From: an uncultured Gemmatimonadales bacterium | GTDB lineage: Bacteria; Gemmatimonadota; Gemmatimonadetes; Longimicrobiales; RSA9 | Assembly (NCBI GenBank): GCA_963708135.1 | Contig: OY970192.1 | Coordinates: forward strand, 1,056,001-1,120,000 | Direction of reading: 5' to 3' | Length of the DNA: 64,000 bases | In this document: in pieces, positions 9,397 to 19,172 of the stretch | How positions within the stretch are numbered: the first letter of the stretch is position 1 | How the letters are laid out: every line of letters begins with the position of its first letter | Position numbers and translations under genes: made by a program | The notes under the pieces: model-generated | What the model was told of the DNA's origin: nothing | The model's input: only the letters and a program-made list of their open reading frames with translations | Databases searched by the model: none

Positions 9397-12123
9397 ATGC
9401 CCGAACCCCTGTCTCCGCAATACGACCCGAAGGACACCGAGGCCGCGCTCTACCGGTCGTGGGAGGAGCACGGTTTCTTCCGCGCGCACGCGGAGCGGGT
9501 GCTCTCGGGGGAGCGGGAGCCGTACACGATCGTGATCCCGCCGCCGAACGTGACGGCGCCGCTGCACATCGGCCACGGGCTGAACAACACGCTCCAGGAC
9601 GTGCTCGTGCGGTGGCGGCGGATGCAGGGGCGGGAGGCGCTCTGGCTGCCGGGGACGGACCACGCCGGGATCGCCACGCAGAACGTGGTGGAGCGGGTTC
9701 TGGCGCGGGAAGGCAGGACGCGAGAGGACCTGGGGCGGGAGGCGTTCGTCGCGCGGGTGTGGGAGTATGTTCGCGAGACCGAGCGCTCGATCCTGGCGCA
9801 GCTCCGGGCGATCGGAAGCTCGTGCGACTGGAGCCGCACACGCTTCACGCTGGACGAAGGGCTCTCACGCGCGGTTCGCGAGGTCTTCGTGCGGCTGCAC
9901 GAGAAGGGGCTCGTCTACCGGGGCAACTACATCATCAACTGGTGTCCGCGCTGCCTGACGGCGCTCTCGGAGGAGGAGGCGGAGCCGCGCGAGACGGAGG
10001 GCGCGCTCTACCACCTCCGCTACCCGCTGGCCGAGGGGGCGGCGCCGGAGGGTTTGCCCCGGCTGCCGGACGGCCGGGCGTACGTGGTGGTGGCGACGAC
10101 CCGCCCCGAGACGATGCTCGGGGACACGGCCGTCGCCGTGCACCCGGAGGACGAGCGCTACCGCGGCGTGGTGGGGGCGCGGGTGGAGCTGCCACTGACC
10201 GGGCGCACGATCCCGGTCATCGCGGACGCCTACGTGGACCCGGAGTTCGGGACGGGCGCCGTCAAGATCACGCCGGCGCACGACCCGAACGATTTCGCGA
10301 TGGCGGAGCGACACGGCCTCGAGAAGCTGGACATCATGACGCCGGAGGCGACGATGGGCGCGGCGGCGCCGGCGGCGTTCCGCGGGCTTGACCGGCTCGA
10401 GGCCAGGCGTCAGGTGGTCGAGGCGCTGCGGGCGGAGGGGCTGCTGGAGGGCACGACACCGCACGCGCACGCGGTGCCGCACTGCTACCGGTGCGACACG
10501 GTGGTGGAGCCGCGGCTGTCGGAGCAGTGGTTCGTGCGCATGAAGCCGCTGGCCGAGCGGGCGCTCGAGGCGTCGCGCTCGGGGCGGGTCCGCTTCACGC
10601 CGGAGCGCTGGACGAAGATCTACGAGCACTGGCTGGAGAACATCCACGACTGGTGCATCTCGCGGCAGCTGTGGTGGGGGCACCGGATCCCGGTGTGGTA
10701 TTGCCGGGCGGCGGGATGTGAGGAGACGATCGTCGCGCGCGAGGATCCGGGCTCCTGCCCGAAGTGCGGGGGCGGGGCGCTGGAGCAGGATCCGGACGTG
10801 CTGGACACGTGGTTCTCCTCGTGGCTGTGGCCATTCTCGACGCTCGGCTGGCCGGACGAGAGCGAGGATCTGGAGGCGTTCTATCCGACGACGACGCTGG
10901 TGTCCGCGTACGACATCATCTTCTTCTGGGTCTCGCGGATGATCATGGCGGGGCTCGAATTCATGGGCGAGGTGCCGTTTCAGGACGTCTACATCACGAC
11001 GCTGGTGCGGGATCACCTGAACCGGAAGATGTCGAAGTCGCTGGGCAACGGGATCGACCCGCTGGAGGTGGTCGAGCGTTACGGCGCGGATGTGCTGCGC
11101 TACACGGTGGTGGAGGGGGCGACCTGGAACGCGGACATCCTCATGAATTACGAGGACCTGGATGCCACGTTCGCGCCGGGGCGCAACTTCGCGAACAAGG
11201 TATGGAACGCGGGCCGCTTCGCGCTGATGAACCTGGGCGACGGCTCCGTGCCGGCGCTGGAGTCGGTCGGGGCGGAGCTCGAGCTCGCGGACCGCTGGAT
11301 GCTCTCGCGGCTGGGCGCGGCGGTGGAGGAGACGACGCGGAACCTGGAGGCGTTCCGCTTCCACGAGACGGCGGAGACGGTCTACCACTTCTTCTGGGAC
11401 GAGCTGGCGGACTGGTACATCGAGCTGGTCAAGCCGCGACTGCGGGGGGAGGCGGGGGAGGCGAGCCGGGGGGCGGCCCGGGCGACGCTCGTGACGGTGC
11501 TGGACGGGGTGCTCCGCCTGCTGCACCCGATCATGCCGTTCCTCTCGGAGGCGCTGTGGCTGCGGCTGCCGTGGCCCGAGGGGAGCGAGCGGGCGCCGTC
11601 GCTCGTGGTGGCGCGCTGGCCGGCCGCGGAGCGAAGGGATGCGGCGGCCGAATCCGCGATGGACGCGCTCATGGAGCTGATCCGAACGGTGCGCGCGCTG
11701 CGCTCCGAGTACGGGGTGCCGCCGTCGGCGCGGGTCTCGGTCCGGCTGACCAACGTGCCGGAGTCGTTGCGCGGGGCGCTGGCGGTGGAGACGCGCGCCG
11801 TGGGCGCGCTGGCGGGGGTGGCGGAGGTGCTGCAGGACGGGGTGGCGCGGCTGGCCGGGGCGGGCGCGCACGCAGTGCTGCGGGGCGGGGCGGAGGTGTT
11901 CGTCCCGCTGGCGGACGTGATCGACCTGGAGCGGGAGAAGGCGCGGCTCGCGAAGGAGCTGGAGCGGCTCGAGGGGCAGCTCGGGGGCACGGAGGGCAAG
12001 CTGGCGAACGAACAGTTCGTCTCGCGGGCGCCGGCGGAGGTGGTGGGGCGGGAGCGGGAGAAGGCGGCGAGCCTGCGCGACCGGCGCGACCGGCTGGCGG
12101 CGAAGCTCAGGGACCTGTCGTGA
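9397..12123 (+). CDS. valS: Valine--tRNA ligase
   Basis: PPPNVT, HIGH, DWCISRQLWWGH, KMSKS, C-terminal coiled-coil arm. Confidence 0.97.
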   Translation: MPEPLSPQYDPKDTEAALYRSWEEHGFFRAHAERVLSGEREPYTIVIPPPNVTAPLHIGHGLNNTLQDVLVRWRRMQGREALWLPGTDHAGIATQNVVERVLAREGRTREDLGREAFVARVWEYVRETERSILAQLRAIGSSCDWSRTRFTLDEGLSRAVREVFVRLHEKGLVYRGNYIINWCPRCLTALSEEEAEPRETEGALYHLRYPLAEGAAPEGLPRLPDGRAYVVVATTRPETMLGDTAVAVHPEDERYRGVVGARVELPLTGRTIPVIADAYVDPEFGTGAVKITPAHDPNDFAMAERHGLEKLDIMTPEATMGAAAPAAFRGLDRLEARRQVVEALRAEGLLEGTTPHAHAVPHCYRCDTVVEPRLSEQWFVRMKPLAERALEASRSGRVRFTPERWTKIYEHWLENIHDWCISRQLWWGHRIPVWYCRAAGCEETIVAREDPGSCPKCGGGALEQDPDVLDTWFSSWLWPFSTLGWPDESEDLEAFYPTTTLVSAYDIIFFWVSRMIMAGLEFMGEVPFQDVYITTLVRDHLNRKMSKSLGNGIDPLEVVERYGADVLRYTVVEGATWNADILMNYEDLDATFAPGRNFANKVWNAGRFALMNLGDGSVPALESVGAELELADRWMLSRLGAAVEETTRNLEAFRFHETAETVYHFFWDELADWYIELVKPRLRGEAGEASRGAARATLVTVLDGVLRLLHPIMPFLSEALWLRLPWPEGSERAPSLVVARWPAAERRDAAAESAMDALMELIRTVRALRSEYGVPPSARVSVRLTNVPESLRGALAVETRAVGALAGVAEVLQDGVARLAGAGAHAVLRGGAEVFVPLADVIDLEREKARLAKELERLEGQLGGTEGKLANEQFVSRAPAEVVGREREKAASLRDRRDRLAAKLRDLS

Positions 12124-13552
12124 TCCTGGCGCACGGACAATCGGGCCCGGCGCGGGGCTCTCGCCTGGCACGCGCCGTGGCCGCACTGGCGATGATGGCG
12201 GCCGGGGCGGGATGCGCCCGGCCGCTGCCGCCTCCGGGGGGAAGCAGGACCGGTTACCGCCGGAGGTGGTGTTTACGCGGCCGGAGCAGCTCTCCGTGGA
12301 CACCGGCTATACGAAGCCGGTGGTGTTCACGTTCGACGAGCGGATCAGCGAGCGGGGGCTGGGGCGGAGCTCCGTGGTGGTCTCGCCGCTGTCGGGAGAG
12401 GTGGAGCTGGACCACTCGGGCGACGAGGTCAAGGTGTCGCTCAAGAGCGGCTGGAAGCCGGGGCAGATCTACCACGTGGTGCTGCTGCCGGGGCTGCACG
12501 ACCTGTTCGGCAACCAGCGGAAGGTGCCGGCGGAGCTGGTGTTCTCGACCGGCCCGTCGATCCCGCAGACGGCGCTCGCGGGACTGTTGACGGACCGGAT
12601 CACGGGCAAGCCGCAAGCGGACGCCTGGGTGCTGGCGCGCGCAGGCGCCGACTCGACCACGTACGCGGCCGTTACCGACACGGCGGGCTTTTACGCGCTG
12701 CGCTTCCTGCCGCCCGGCAGCTACGTGGTGACGGCCTTCGCGGACCGCAACAACAACCGCAAGCCGGATGTGAGCGAGGCGCTCGCCGTGGACACGGTGC
12801 GACTGGCGAGCGAGCGTGACACCGTGCTGCTGCCCACGCTGGCGCTGCTCGTGGCGGACACCGCTCCCGCCCGCCTGGTGCGCGCGGAGGCGAAGGACAC
12901 GACCGCGGTCCACCTCTTCTTCGACGATTACCTGGACCCGACGCAGTCGCTTGCCGGGGTGCACACGACCCTGTTGCGGATGCCGGACAGCACCCGCGTC
13001 CCGGGCGCGCCGCTGCTCTACTTCCCGAAGCAGTACGAACGGATGAAGGCGGCGCAGGCGCGCGCCGCCGCGGACACGGCGAAGGGCCGTCCGCCGGGGG
13101 CCGACACCGCCGCGGCGGCCGTGGCGGCGAAGCCGCCGGCCCCGGCACGGGCCGCCGGCGACACGGCGGCGGCGGACACCGTGCAGCTTCCCACGCGCGA
13201 GCTGGTGCTGGTGCCGTCGTCGCCATTCACCCCGCATACCAGGTACGTCGTGCAAGTGCAGGGGGTGGTGAACGTGAACGAGCTGGGGCGCGGCGCCGGC
13301 AGCGTCGCGTTCGAGACGCCGGCGCGGCCGAAGCCGCCCCCGCCGGACACGACCCGGGCGCGGGCACCGGGCGATACGACGGGGCGGGCTCCGGCGCCGG
13401 ACACGGGGGGGGCACGACGGCCGCCGGCGGACACGGCGCGGGCGAAGCCGGTGCCGGCGGACACGTCGAGGCCGCCTCCGGCGGACACCATGCGCCGCCC
13501 GGTGCCGCCGGATACGAGCGGTGCGCCGCCGGCGGCCGCAGCGTGGCCATGA
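12120..13552 (+). CDS. Ig-like (Big_5-type) domain lipoprotein, frameshifted at G6 12236-12241
   Basis: Lipobox AGAG-C then ARPLPPPGG in one frame, continuing as KQDRLPPEVV..FTFDERI in another. One extra G joins them. Couples to valS by a GTGA overlap. Confidence 0.7.
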
Positions 13553-14931
13553 CGGATCCTCGCCGGGCGATTCCTTCGGTGGACCGGCTGCTCGGCAGCG
13601 CGGCCTTCGCGGAGCTGGTCGGGGCCTGGCCGCGGCGCCGGGTGGTAGATGCGCTGAAGACAGTGCAGGCGGAGGTGCGGCAGCGGGTCGCGGCGGGGGA
13701 GGCGGCGCAGGGGCTGGAGGACGAGGCGACGTACGCGAGCGCGGTGGCCGCGCGGCTGGAGGCGGCGGAGCGTGTCTTGCTGCGGCCGGTGATCAACGCG
13801 ACGGGGGTGGTGCTGCACACCAACCTCGGGCGGGCGCCGCTGGCTGCGGCGGCCGTGGCGGCGGTGGTGCGCGCAGCGTCTTCCTACAGCAATTTGGAGT
13901 ACGACCTCGAGGCGGGCGAGCGCGGCTCGCGCTACGCCCACTGCGTTCCCCTGCTCCTCGAGCTGAGCGGCGCGGAGGACGCGTTGGTGGTGAACAACAA
14001 CGCGGGCGCGCTCGTGCTGGCGCTGAACACGCTGGCATTGGGGCGGGAGGCGGTGGTCAGCCGAGGCGAGCTGATCGAGATCGGGGGCTCGTTCCGCATC
14101 CCGGAGATCATGGAGCGGAGCGGGGCGCGGATGCGGGCCGTGGGCGCGACCAACCGGACGCACCCGGCGGACTACGCGGGCGCGATCGGCGTGGCGACCG
14201 GTGCGCTGCTGAAGGTTCACCCGTCGAACTACCGGGTCACCGGCTTCACGGCGGAAGTTTCGCTGGCGGAGCTCGCAGCGCTCGGCGCCGAGCGGGAGGT
14301 GCCCGTGATCAACGACCTGGGATCGGGGCTGCTCCTCGACCTTTCGGTGCTCGGGCTGCCGCGCGAGCCGACGGCGGCGGAGGCGATCGCGGCGGGCGCG
14401 GATATTGTCACCATGAGCGGGGACAAGCTGCTGGGCGGCCCGCAGGCGGGGATCCTGCTCGGGCGAGCGGCCGCGATCTCGGCGATGCGCCGCAACCCGC
14501 TGTGCCGCGCGCTGCGTCCGGACAAGCTGACGCTGGCCGCGCTCGAGGCGACGCTTGCGCTCTACCGGGAGCCGGAGCGGGCGTTGCGCGAGATCCCGAC
14601 GCTGCGCATGCTGGCGCTGGGAGCGGAGGCGCTGGCCCGACGGGCGCGGGGCCTCGCGGATGCGCTGGCCGCGAACGGCGTGGCGTCGGCGCTCGTGGCG
14701 GGGAGCTCGGCGGTGGGTGGGGGGGCCTACCCGGAGGCGGCGCTGCCCACGACGCTCGTGCTGCTGGAGGCGGCCGGCAGTTCCGCCTCGGAGGTGGAGC
14801 GGCGGCTGCGGCACGGCGCGCCGCCGGTAGTGGCGCGGATCGTGGACGACCGCGTTGCGCTGGATGCGCGGACGATCGCGCCCGCGGAGGAAGCGGCGCT
14901 GGTCGAGGCGGTGCGGGATGCCTGTACCTGA
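13549..14931 (+). CDS. selA: L-seryl-tRNA(Sec) selenium transferase
   Basis: VINATGVVLHTNLGRAPL, NLEYDL, VVNNNA, SRGELIEIGGSFRIP, SGDKLLGGPQAG. Confidence 0.95.
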   Translation: MTDPRRAIPSVDRLLGSAAFAELVGAWPRRRVVDALKTVQAEVRQRVAAGEAAQGLEDEATYASAVAARLEAAERVLLRPVINATGVVLHTNLGRAPLAAAAVAAVVRAASSYSNLEYDLEAGERGSRYAHCVPLLLELSGAEDALVVNNNAGALVLALNTLALGREAVVSRGELIEIGGSFRIPEIMERSGARMRAVGATNRTHPADYAGAIGVATGALLKVHPSNYRVTGFTAEVSLAELAALGAEREVPVINDLGSGLLLDLSVLGLPREPTAAEAIAAGADIVTMSGDKLLGGPQAGILLGRAAAISAMRRNPLCRALRPDKLTLAALEATLALYREPERALREIPTLRMLALGAEALARRARGLADALAANGVASALVAGSSAVGGGAYPEAALPTTLVLLEAAGSSASEVERRLRHGAPPVVARIVDDRVALDARTIAPAEEAALVEAVRDACT

Positions 14932-15451
14932 GCCCGGCCGCCCGGCTGCCTTCCTCGACCGGGACGGTACGATCATCGCGGAGCGGGGCTACCTGCGCGA
15001 CCCCGAGGGCGTGGAGCTCCTCGAGGGGGCGGCCGAGGGGCTCCGGCGGCTCCAGCAGGCAGGGTACGCGCTCGTGCTGGTGACGAACCAGTCGGGCATC
15101 GCCCGGGGTCTCGTCCGGGAGGAGGAGTACCGCGCGGTGCAGGCGAGGCTGGAGGCGCTGCTGCGGCAGCGCGGGATCACGCTGGCCGGCGTCTACCACT
15201 GCCCGCACCACCCCGATCACACGGGACCGTGCGAGTGCCGGAAGCCGGGAACGGGGCTCCACCGCCGGGCGGCTGCCGAGCTGGGCCTCGATCTGTCCCG
15301 CTCGCTCTACATCGGGGACAAGGCGTCGGACGTGCTGCCGGCGGCGGCGCTGGGCGGGCGAGGAATCCTGGTACGGACGGGGTATGGGGGAGAGGCGGAG
15401 GTCGGGAGCTGGGTGGAGGTGGTCGAAGGGTTGGGGGGGGTGGAGGTATGA
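14918..15451 (+). CDS. gmhB: D-glycero-D-manno-heptose 1,7-bisphosphate phosphatase (HAD IIIA)
   Basis: FLDRDGT, TNQSGIARG, CPHHP..CECRKP, IGDK. Confidence 0.85.
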   Translation: MPVPEPGRPAAFLDRDGTIIAERGYLRDPEGVELLEGAAEGLRRLQQAGYALVLVTNQSGIARGLVREEEYRAVQARLEALLRQRGITLAGVYHCPHHPDHTGPCECRKPGTGLHRRAAAELGLDLSRSLYIGDKASDVLPAAALGGRGILVRTGYGGEAEVGSWVEVVEGLGGVEV

Positions 15452-15458
15452 GCCCAGA

Positions 15459-15491
15459 GGGTAAGGGTAAGGGTAAGGGTAAGGGTAAGGG
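15459..15491 (+). repeat. (GGGTAA)5GGG microsatellite
   Basis: Five perfect tandem copies plus GGG. Confidence 0.9.
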
Positions 15492-15517
15492 TTGACAGGG
15501 GGCAGGGAGGGGGCTAG
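15492..15517 (+). promoter_or_regulatory. sigma70 promoter split by the IS1182 insertion
   Basis: TTGACA at 15492, 17-nt spacer, then TAG. With the IS removed, the -10 reads TAGGGT. Confidence 0.6.
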
Positions 15518-17151
15518 GAGCCCGTCTCCGTAATGGCCGCGAACCATCGCTGGGCCGGTCGCGGCCGGGGTAGGCGGGGACCGGGACGGCCCCAATCGAT
15601 GTGCGCCCGGGTCCCACGCCCCGTGTTCGGCGCCTCTCCGGCTCTGTACCGGGCGCATTACGCCCGATCGGGGCGCTCAGGCGGGGGCCACTACCACATG
15701 GAGCCCCGCTTTCGCCGCGGCGAGCACCTCGTCGATGGAGGTCACCCCCGCACGGCACGCCCGGAAGAGCTTGAGCAGGTTGTGTGCGGTGCAGCCGAGG
15801 CGCCATTCACCGCGCACGTTCTCGTGACCGCGCAGGAGGAAGTGCCTCAGTCCGATCACATCCTTCATCTGCCCGCACACCGGCTCGACGGTGACCTTGC
15901 GGCGGTCGTACTGCGCGCGGCCTTCGGCGGTCCGCAGCTTGTGCCGCATGCGCTCCTTCGTGCTCGCGTCCGCCGGCGGCGGCCCCTCGCTCCGCGGCCC
16001 CTCACGCCACTCGCGGTGACGCACCTTCTCCGGCGCCACGTAGACGTCGATCTCGTACCACTCGAGCCGCTCGATGTCCGCCTCCGTCCAGTAGCCCGCG
16101 TCCGCGCTCACCGCCTCCGGCGTCTCGCCTACAGTATCACAAACGGCTTCCACCATCGGCACCAGCAAGTTCTTATCGTTGCTCTGCTGCACCACGTCCT
16201 CGGCCACGACGATCTGGTGCTCGGCGTCCACGGCGAGTTGGGCGTTATAGCCCTGCACGAAGGTCTTCTCGCTGTTCAGCATAATCCGGCTCTCCGGATC
16301 GGTGAAGTTGCGCTGCGCCTTGCCCTCCGGCTTCGCCTCCTCGGGCTTCTCCATGCCCGCCGCCTTGGCCTGGCCCCGGACCTGGGCTTCCAGCGCCGCC
16401 TTCGCTTCCTGGATCTTCTTCAGCCGGCTCTCACGGCGCCGCAGCTCTTCCGGAAGCTCCTCGCCGGCCGAGTCCTTGCCGTAGCGCCGGTCCTCTTCCG
16501 CGTCCTCCGCCGCGGCTTGCGCCAACAGACGGTTCACCTCAGCCCTCAGCCGCTTCTCCTCCTCCACCATGCGCGAGTAGCTCATCGCCTTGTGCTTGCT
16601 CGCGTTCCCCTTGACCTTCGTGCCGTCGATCGCCACGTGCCCCAGCTTGACCAGCCCCGCCGCTTTGCACAGCTGGAGCACCTGCGTGAACAGGTCCGCC
16701 AGCGCCTTGAGGTGCCGCTTGCGGAAATCCGCGACCGTACGGAAGTCCGGGCTCGCCCCGGCGCACACGACCCGGAACGCCACGTCTTCCAGGCACGCCC
16801 GCTGCATCTTCCGCGAGCTGCGCACGCCCACCACCTGCCCATAGAGGATGAGCTTCGTCATCAGCAGCGGGTGGTAGGGCGGATAGCCCCGCTCCTCGTC
16901 GTAGCTGTCGTAGATCCGCGAGAGATCCAGGGTGTCCACCAGGTCGCTCACGAAGTAGACCAGGTGCTCGGGCGGCAGCCACTCCCGAAGCGAGGGTGGC
17001 AGCACCAGAAGCTGATCCGGATCGTACGGACGAAACGTTTTCGCCACGCGGCAGACTCCTCGAAAAGGGCTGCCGCCAAACTACATCACCGAAGGCGGCG
17101 TGTACATCCCCGCGTGCGCACACGCGCGCGCGTGCTTACTCGGACACGCTC
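15518..17151 (-). mobile_element. IS1182-family insertion sequence with a CTAG target duplication
   Basis: CTAG at 15514-15517 and 17152-17155; imperfect IRs GAGCCCGTCTCCGTA / TACTCGGACACGCTC. Confidence 0.85.
15677..17047 (-). CDS. IS1182-family DDE transposase
   Basis: LPPSLREWLPPEHL, GYPPYHP, PDFRTVADFRKRH, AIDGTK, TDPESRIM, ADAGY, VEPVCG. Confidence 0.92.
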   Translation of the reverse strand: MAKTFRPYDPDQLLVLPPSLREWLPPEHLVYFVSDLVDTLDLSRIYDSYDEERGYPPYHPLLMTKLILYGQVVGVRSSRKMQRACLEDVAFRVVCAGASPDFRTVADFRKRHLKALADLFTQVLQLCKAAGLVKLGHVAIDGTKVKGNASKHKAMSYSRMVEEEKRLRAEVNRLLAQAAAEDAEEDRRYGKDSAGEELPEELRRRESRLKKIQEAKAALEAQVRGQAKAAGMEKPEEAKPEGKAQRNFTDPESRIMLNSEKTFVQGYNAQLAVDAEHQIVVAEDVVQQSNDKNLLVPMVEAVCDTVGETPEAVSADAGYWTEADIERLEWYEIDVYVAPEKVRHREWREGPRSEGPPPADASTKERMRHKLRTAEGRAQYDRRKVTVEPVCGQMKDVIGLRHFLLRGHENVRGEWRLGCTAHNLLKLFRACRAGVTSIDEVLAAAKAGLHVVVAPA

Positions 17152-17236
17152 CTAGGGTGGCGCGAAACCTGCGCGCCATACCAGTGTATTCAATCTGCTG
17201 CAGCGTGGGTTGCGGAGACCTATCAGGGAGGCATCA

Positions 17237-17566
17237 ATGCAGATCACGGTCACACCGAACGCGGTGGCTGAGGTCCAGAAGTTCATGGAGGAGCAGGGCG
17301 CGGCGGAGACCGCCGGGCTGCGTGTGGCCGTGCTCCCGGGTGGCTGCTCGGGGTTCCAGTACGGGCTGAACATCGAGGACGAGGCGCAGGACGACGACGA
17401 CATCCTGGAGTCCAATGGAATCCGACTCTTCGTGGATCCGTTCAGCGGGCAGTATCTGAACGGGGTCGAGATCGACTACGTGACGACGATGATGGGCGCC
17501 GGGTTCACGTTCAAGAATCCGAACGCGACGGGCGGCTGCGGCTGCGGAAGCTCGTTCACGGCCTGA
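17237..17566 (+). CDS. A-type Fe-S cluster carrier (IscA/ErpA/HesB)
   Basis: GGCSGFQY, NPNATGGCGCGSSF; GGAGG SD. Confidence 0.93.
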   Translation: MQITVTPNAVAEVQKFMEEQGAAETAGLRVAVLPGGCSGFQYGLNIEDEAQDDDDILESNGIRLFVDPFSGQYLNGVEIDYVTTMMGAGFTFKNPNATGGCGCGSSFTA

Positions 17567-17591
17567 GCGCCGGCGACACGCCGGCAGGAAC

Positions 17592-17629
17592 GGACCCGCC
17601 GGGGAAGAATCCCCCTCGGCGGGTCCTTT
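17592..17629 (+). terminator. Probable intrinsic terminator
   Basis: GGACCCGCCG/CGGCGGGTCC stem followed by TTT. Confidence 0.7.
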
Positions 17630-17737
17630 GTCGTGCGGGGGGCGGTGCCGGGGCGGGTGGACCGGGTCGGGGGGCGATGGTAGGTTTGCCGCTTGGTGGT
17701 CGGGAGGGGTGGGAAACGACGAAGGCGGGGCGGAGCG

Positions 17738-18406
17738 ATGACGCGGCACGAGCGGACGGAAGTCGAGACGTTCACCTCCCGGGACTGGGGCGAGAACGCG
17801 TACCTGGTCTGGCGGGCGGAGGCGGACGAGGCGGTGGCGGTGGACCCCGGAGGCGAGGCGGGGGCGCTGGCGGCGAGGGCCGAGGAGGCGGGGCTCCGAG
17901 TGGCGGCGATTCTGCTGACGCACGCGCACCTGGACCACATCGAGGGCGTGGCGCGGCTCGCGGGGGCCACGGGAGCGCCGGTCCACCTGAATCCCGGGGA
18001 CCGGGGGCTGTACGACCGCGCCGCGGAGCAGGCGGCGATGTTCGGCGTCCGGCTGGAGGCGCCTCCGCCGCCGGACCGCGATCTGGTCGCCGGACCGCTG
18101 GAGGTGGCGGGGCTCGGCTTCGAGGTGCGGGCCGTGCCCGGGCACTCGCCCGGGCACGTGCTGCTCTATATGGGGGACGCGCGCGTGGCGTTCGTGGGCG
18201 ACGTCGTCTTCGCGGGCTCGATCGGCCGCACCGACCTGCCGGGCGGCGACCACCGCCGGCTCATGCGCTCGATCCGCGAGGAGGTGCTGACGCTGCCGGA
18301 CGAGACCGTGCTGTACTGCGGCCACGGTCCCGCGACGACGGTCGGCCGCGAGCGCGTGGGGAACCCCTTCCTGGTGCCGATGTACGGCGGCGGCGGGCTG
18401 GCGTGA
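17738..18406 (+). CDS. Metallo-beta-lactamase fold hydrolase (glyoxalase II-like)
   Basis: THAHLDH, PGHSPGH, GSIGRTDLPGGD, GHG. Confidence 0.9.
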   Translation: MTRHERTEVETFTSRDWGENAYLVWRAEADEAVAVDPGGEAGALAARAEEAGLRVAAILLTHAHLDHIEGVARLAGATGAPVHLNPGDRGLYDRAAEQAAMFGVRLEAPPPPDRDLVAGPLEVAGLGFEVRAVPGHSPGHVLLYMGDARVAFVGDVVFAGSIGRTDLPGGDHRRLMRSIREEVLTLPDETVLYCGHGPATTVGRERVGNPFLVPMYGGGGLA

Positions 18407-19164
18407 GGCTGCCGGTGGCGGTTTTCGCCTCGGGGGGCGGCACGAACCTGCAGGCGCTCCTGGACCGCCTGGAGCCGTCGCTCGCGGGGGTAGCGCTGGT
18501 GGTGGCGGACCGCGCGGAGGCGGGGGCCCTGGCGCGGGCGCGCGCCGCGGGTGTCGCCGGCCGGGTGATCACCGTGGCCGGCCGGCAGGAGGACGCCGTC
18601 GCGCGCGAGATGCTGGCGGCGCTGGAGGAAGCCGGCGCGGAGCTCGTCGTCCTGGCGGGCTACAAGCGGCGGGTGAGCGCCGCGGTCGTGCGGGCGTACC
18701 GGGGGCGCATGCTGAACATCCACCCCGCGCTGCTTCCCGCCTTCGGCGGCTGGGGGATGTACGGCCGGCGGGTGCACGAGGCGGTGATCGCGGCGGGCTG
18801 TCGCGTGAGCGGCGCGACCGTGCACCTGGTGGACGAGGAATACGACCGCGGGCCGATCCTCGCGCAATGGCCGGTGCCGGTGTGGCCGAAGGACACCCCG
18901 GAAACGCTGGCGGCGCGCGTGCTGCGGGTCGAGCACGCGCTGCTGCCGGCGGCGGTGGCGGCGCTCGCGGCCCGCCTCGGCGGCGTCGAGGCGGACGCGG
19001 CCGAGGCGACCCGCGCGCTGGAGGCGCTCGGCGCGGCCGCGCCGGAGCAGGCGATCGCGGCCGCGGGCGCGGTTCTGCGGGGCGGGTCGCCAGCGAGCTT
19101 CGTGGCCGGGGATAGGGAGGAGCCGGATCGCCGCGGCATCCGGCGCATGCTGGGACTCGAGTGA
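18403..19164 (+). CDS. purN: Phosphoribosylglycinamide formyltransferase
   Basis: VFASGGGTNLQA, LAGY, NIHPALLP, GATVHLVDEEYDRGPI, EH; has a C-terminal extension. Confidence 0.93.
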   Translation: MRLPVAVFASGGGTNLQALLDRLEPSLAGVALVVADRAEAGALARARAAGVAGRVITVAGRQEDAVAREMLAALEEAGAELVVLAGYKRRVSAAVVRAYRGRMLNIHPALLPAFGGWGMYGRRVHEAVIAAGCRVSGATVHLVDEEYDRGPILAQWPVPVWPKDTPETLAARVLRVEHALLPAAVAALAARLGGVEADAAEATRALEALGAAAPEQAIAAAGAVLRGGSPASFVAGDREEPDRRGIRRMLGLE

Positions 19165-19172
19165 GGGAGATC

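Noticed and set aside
15459..15491. Telomere-like repeat or CRISPR array
   Set aside because: The unit is GGGTAA, short and internal, with no spacers and no cas genes. No CRISPR array was seen anywhere in the window.
17176..17200. Possible IscR/Rrf2 site upstream of the Fe-S carrier
   Set aside because: It is an AT-rich patch with no clear palindrome or consensus match.
13549..17566. Selenoprotein or tRNA-Sec near selA
   Set aside because: I saw no cloverleaf and no in-frame TGA at a Cys position. The Fe-S carrier has ordinary Cys codons.
17677..18402. Apparent long N-terminal extension of PurN
   Set aside because: It is an off-frame overlap of the MBL gene. purN starts at the GTG at 18403.
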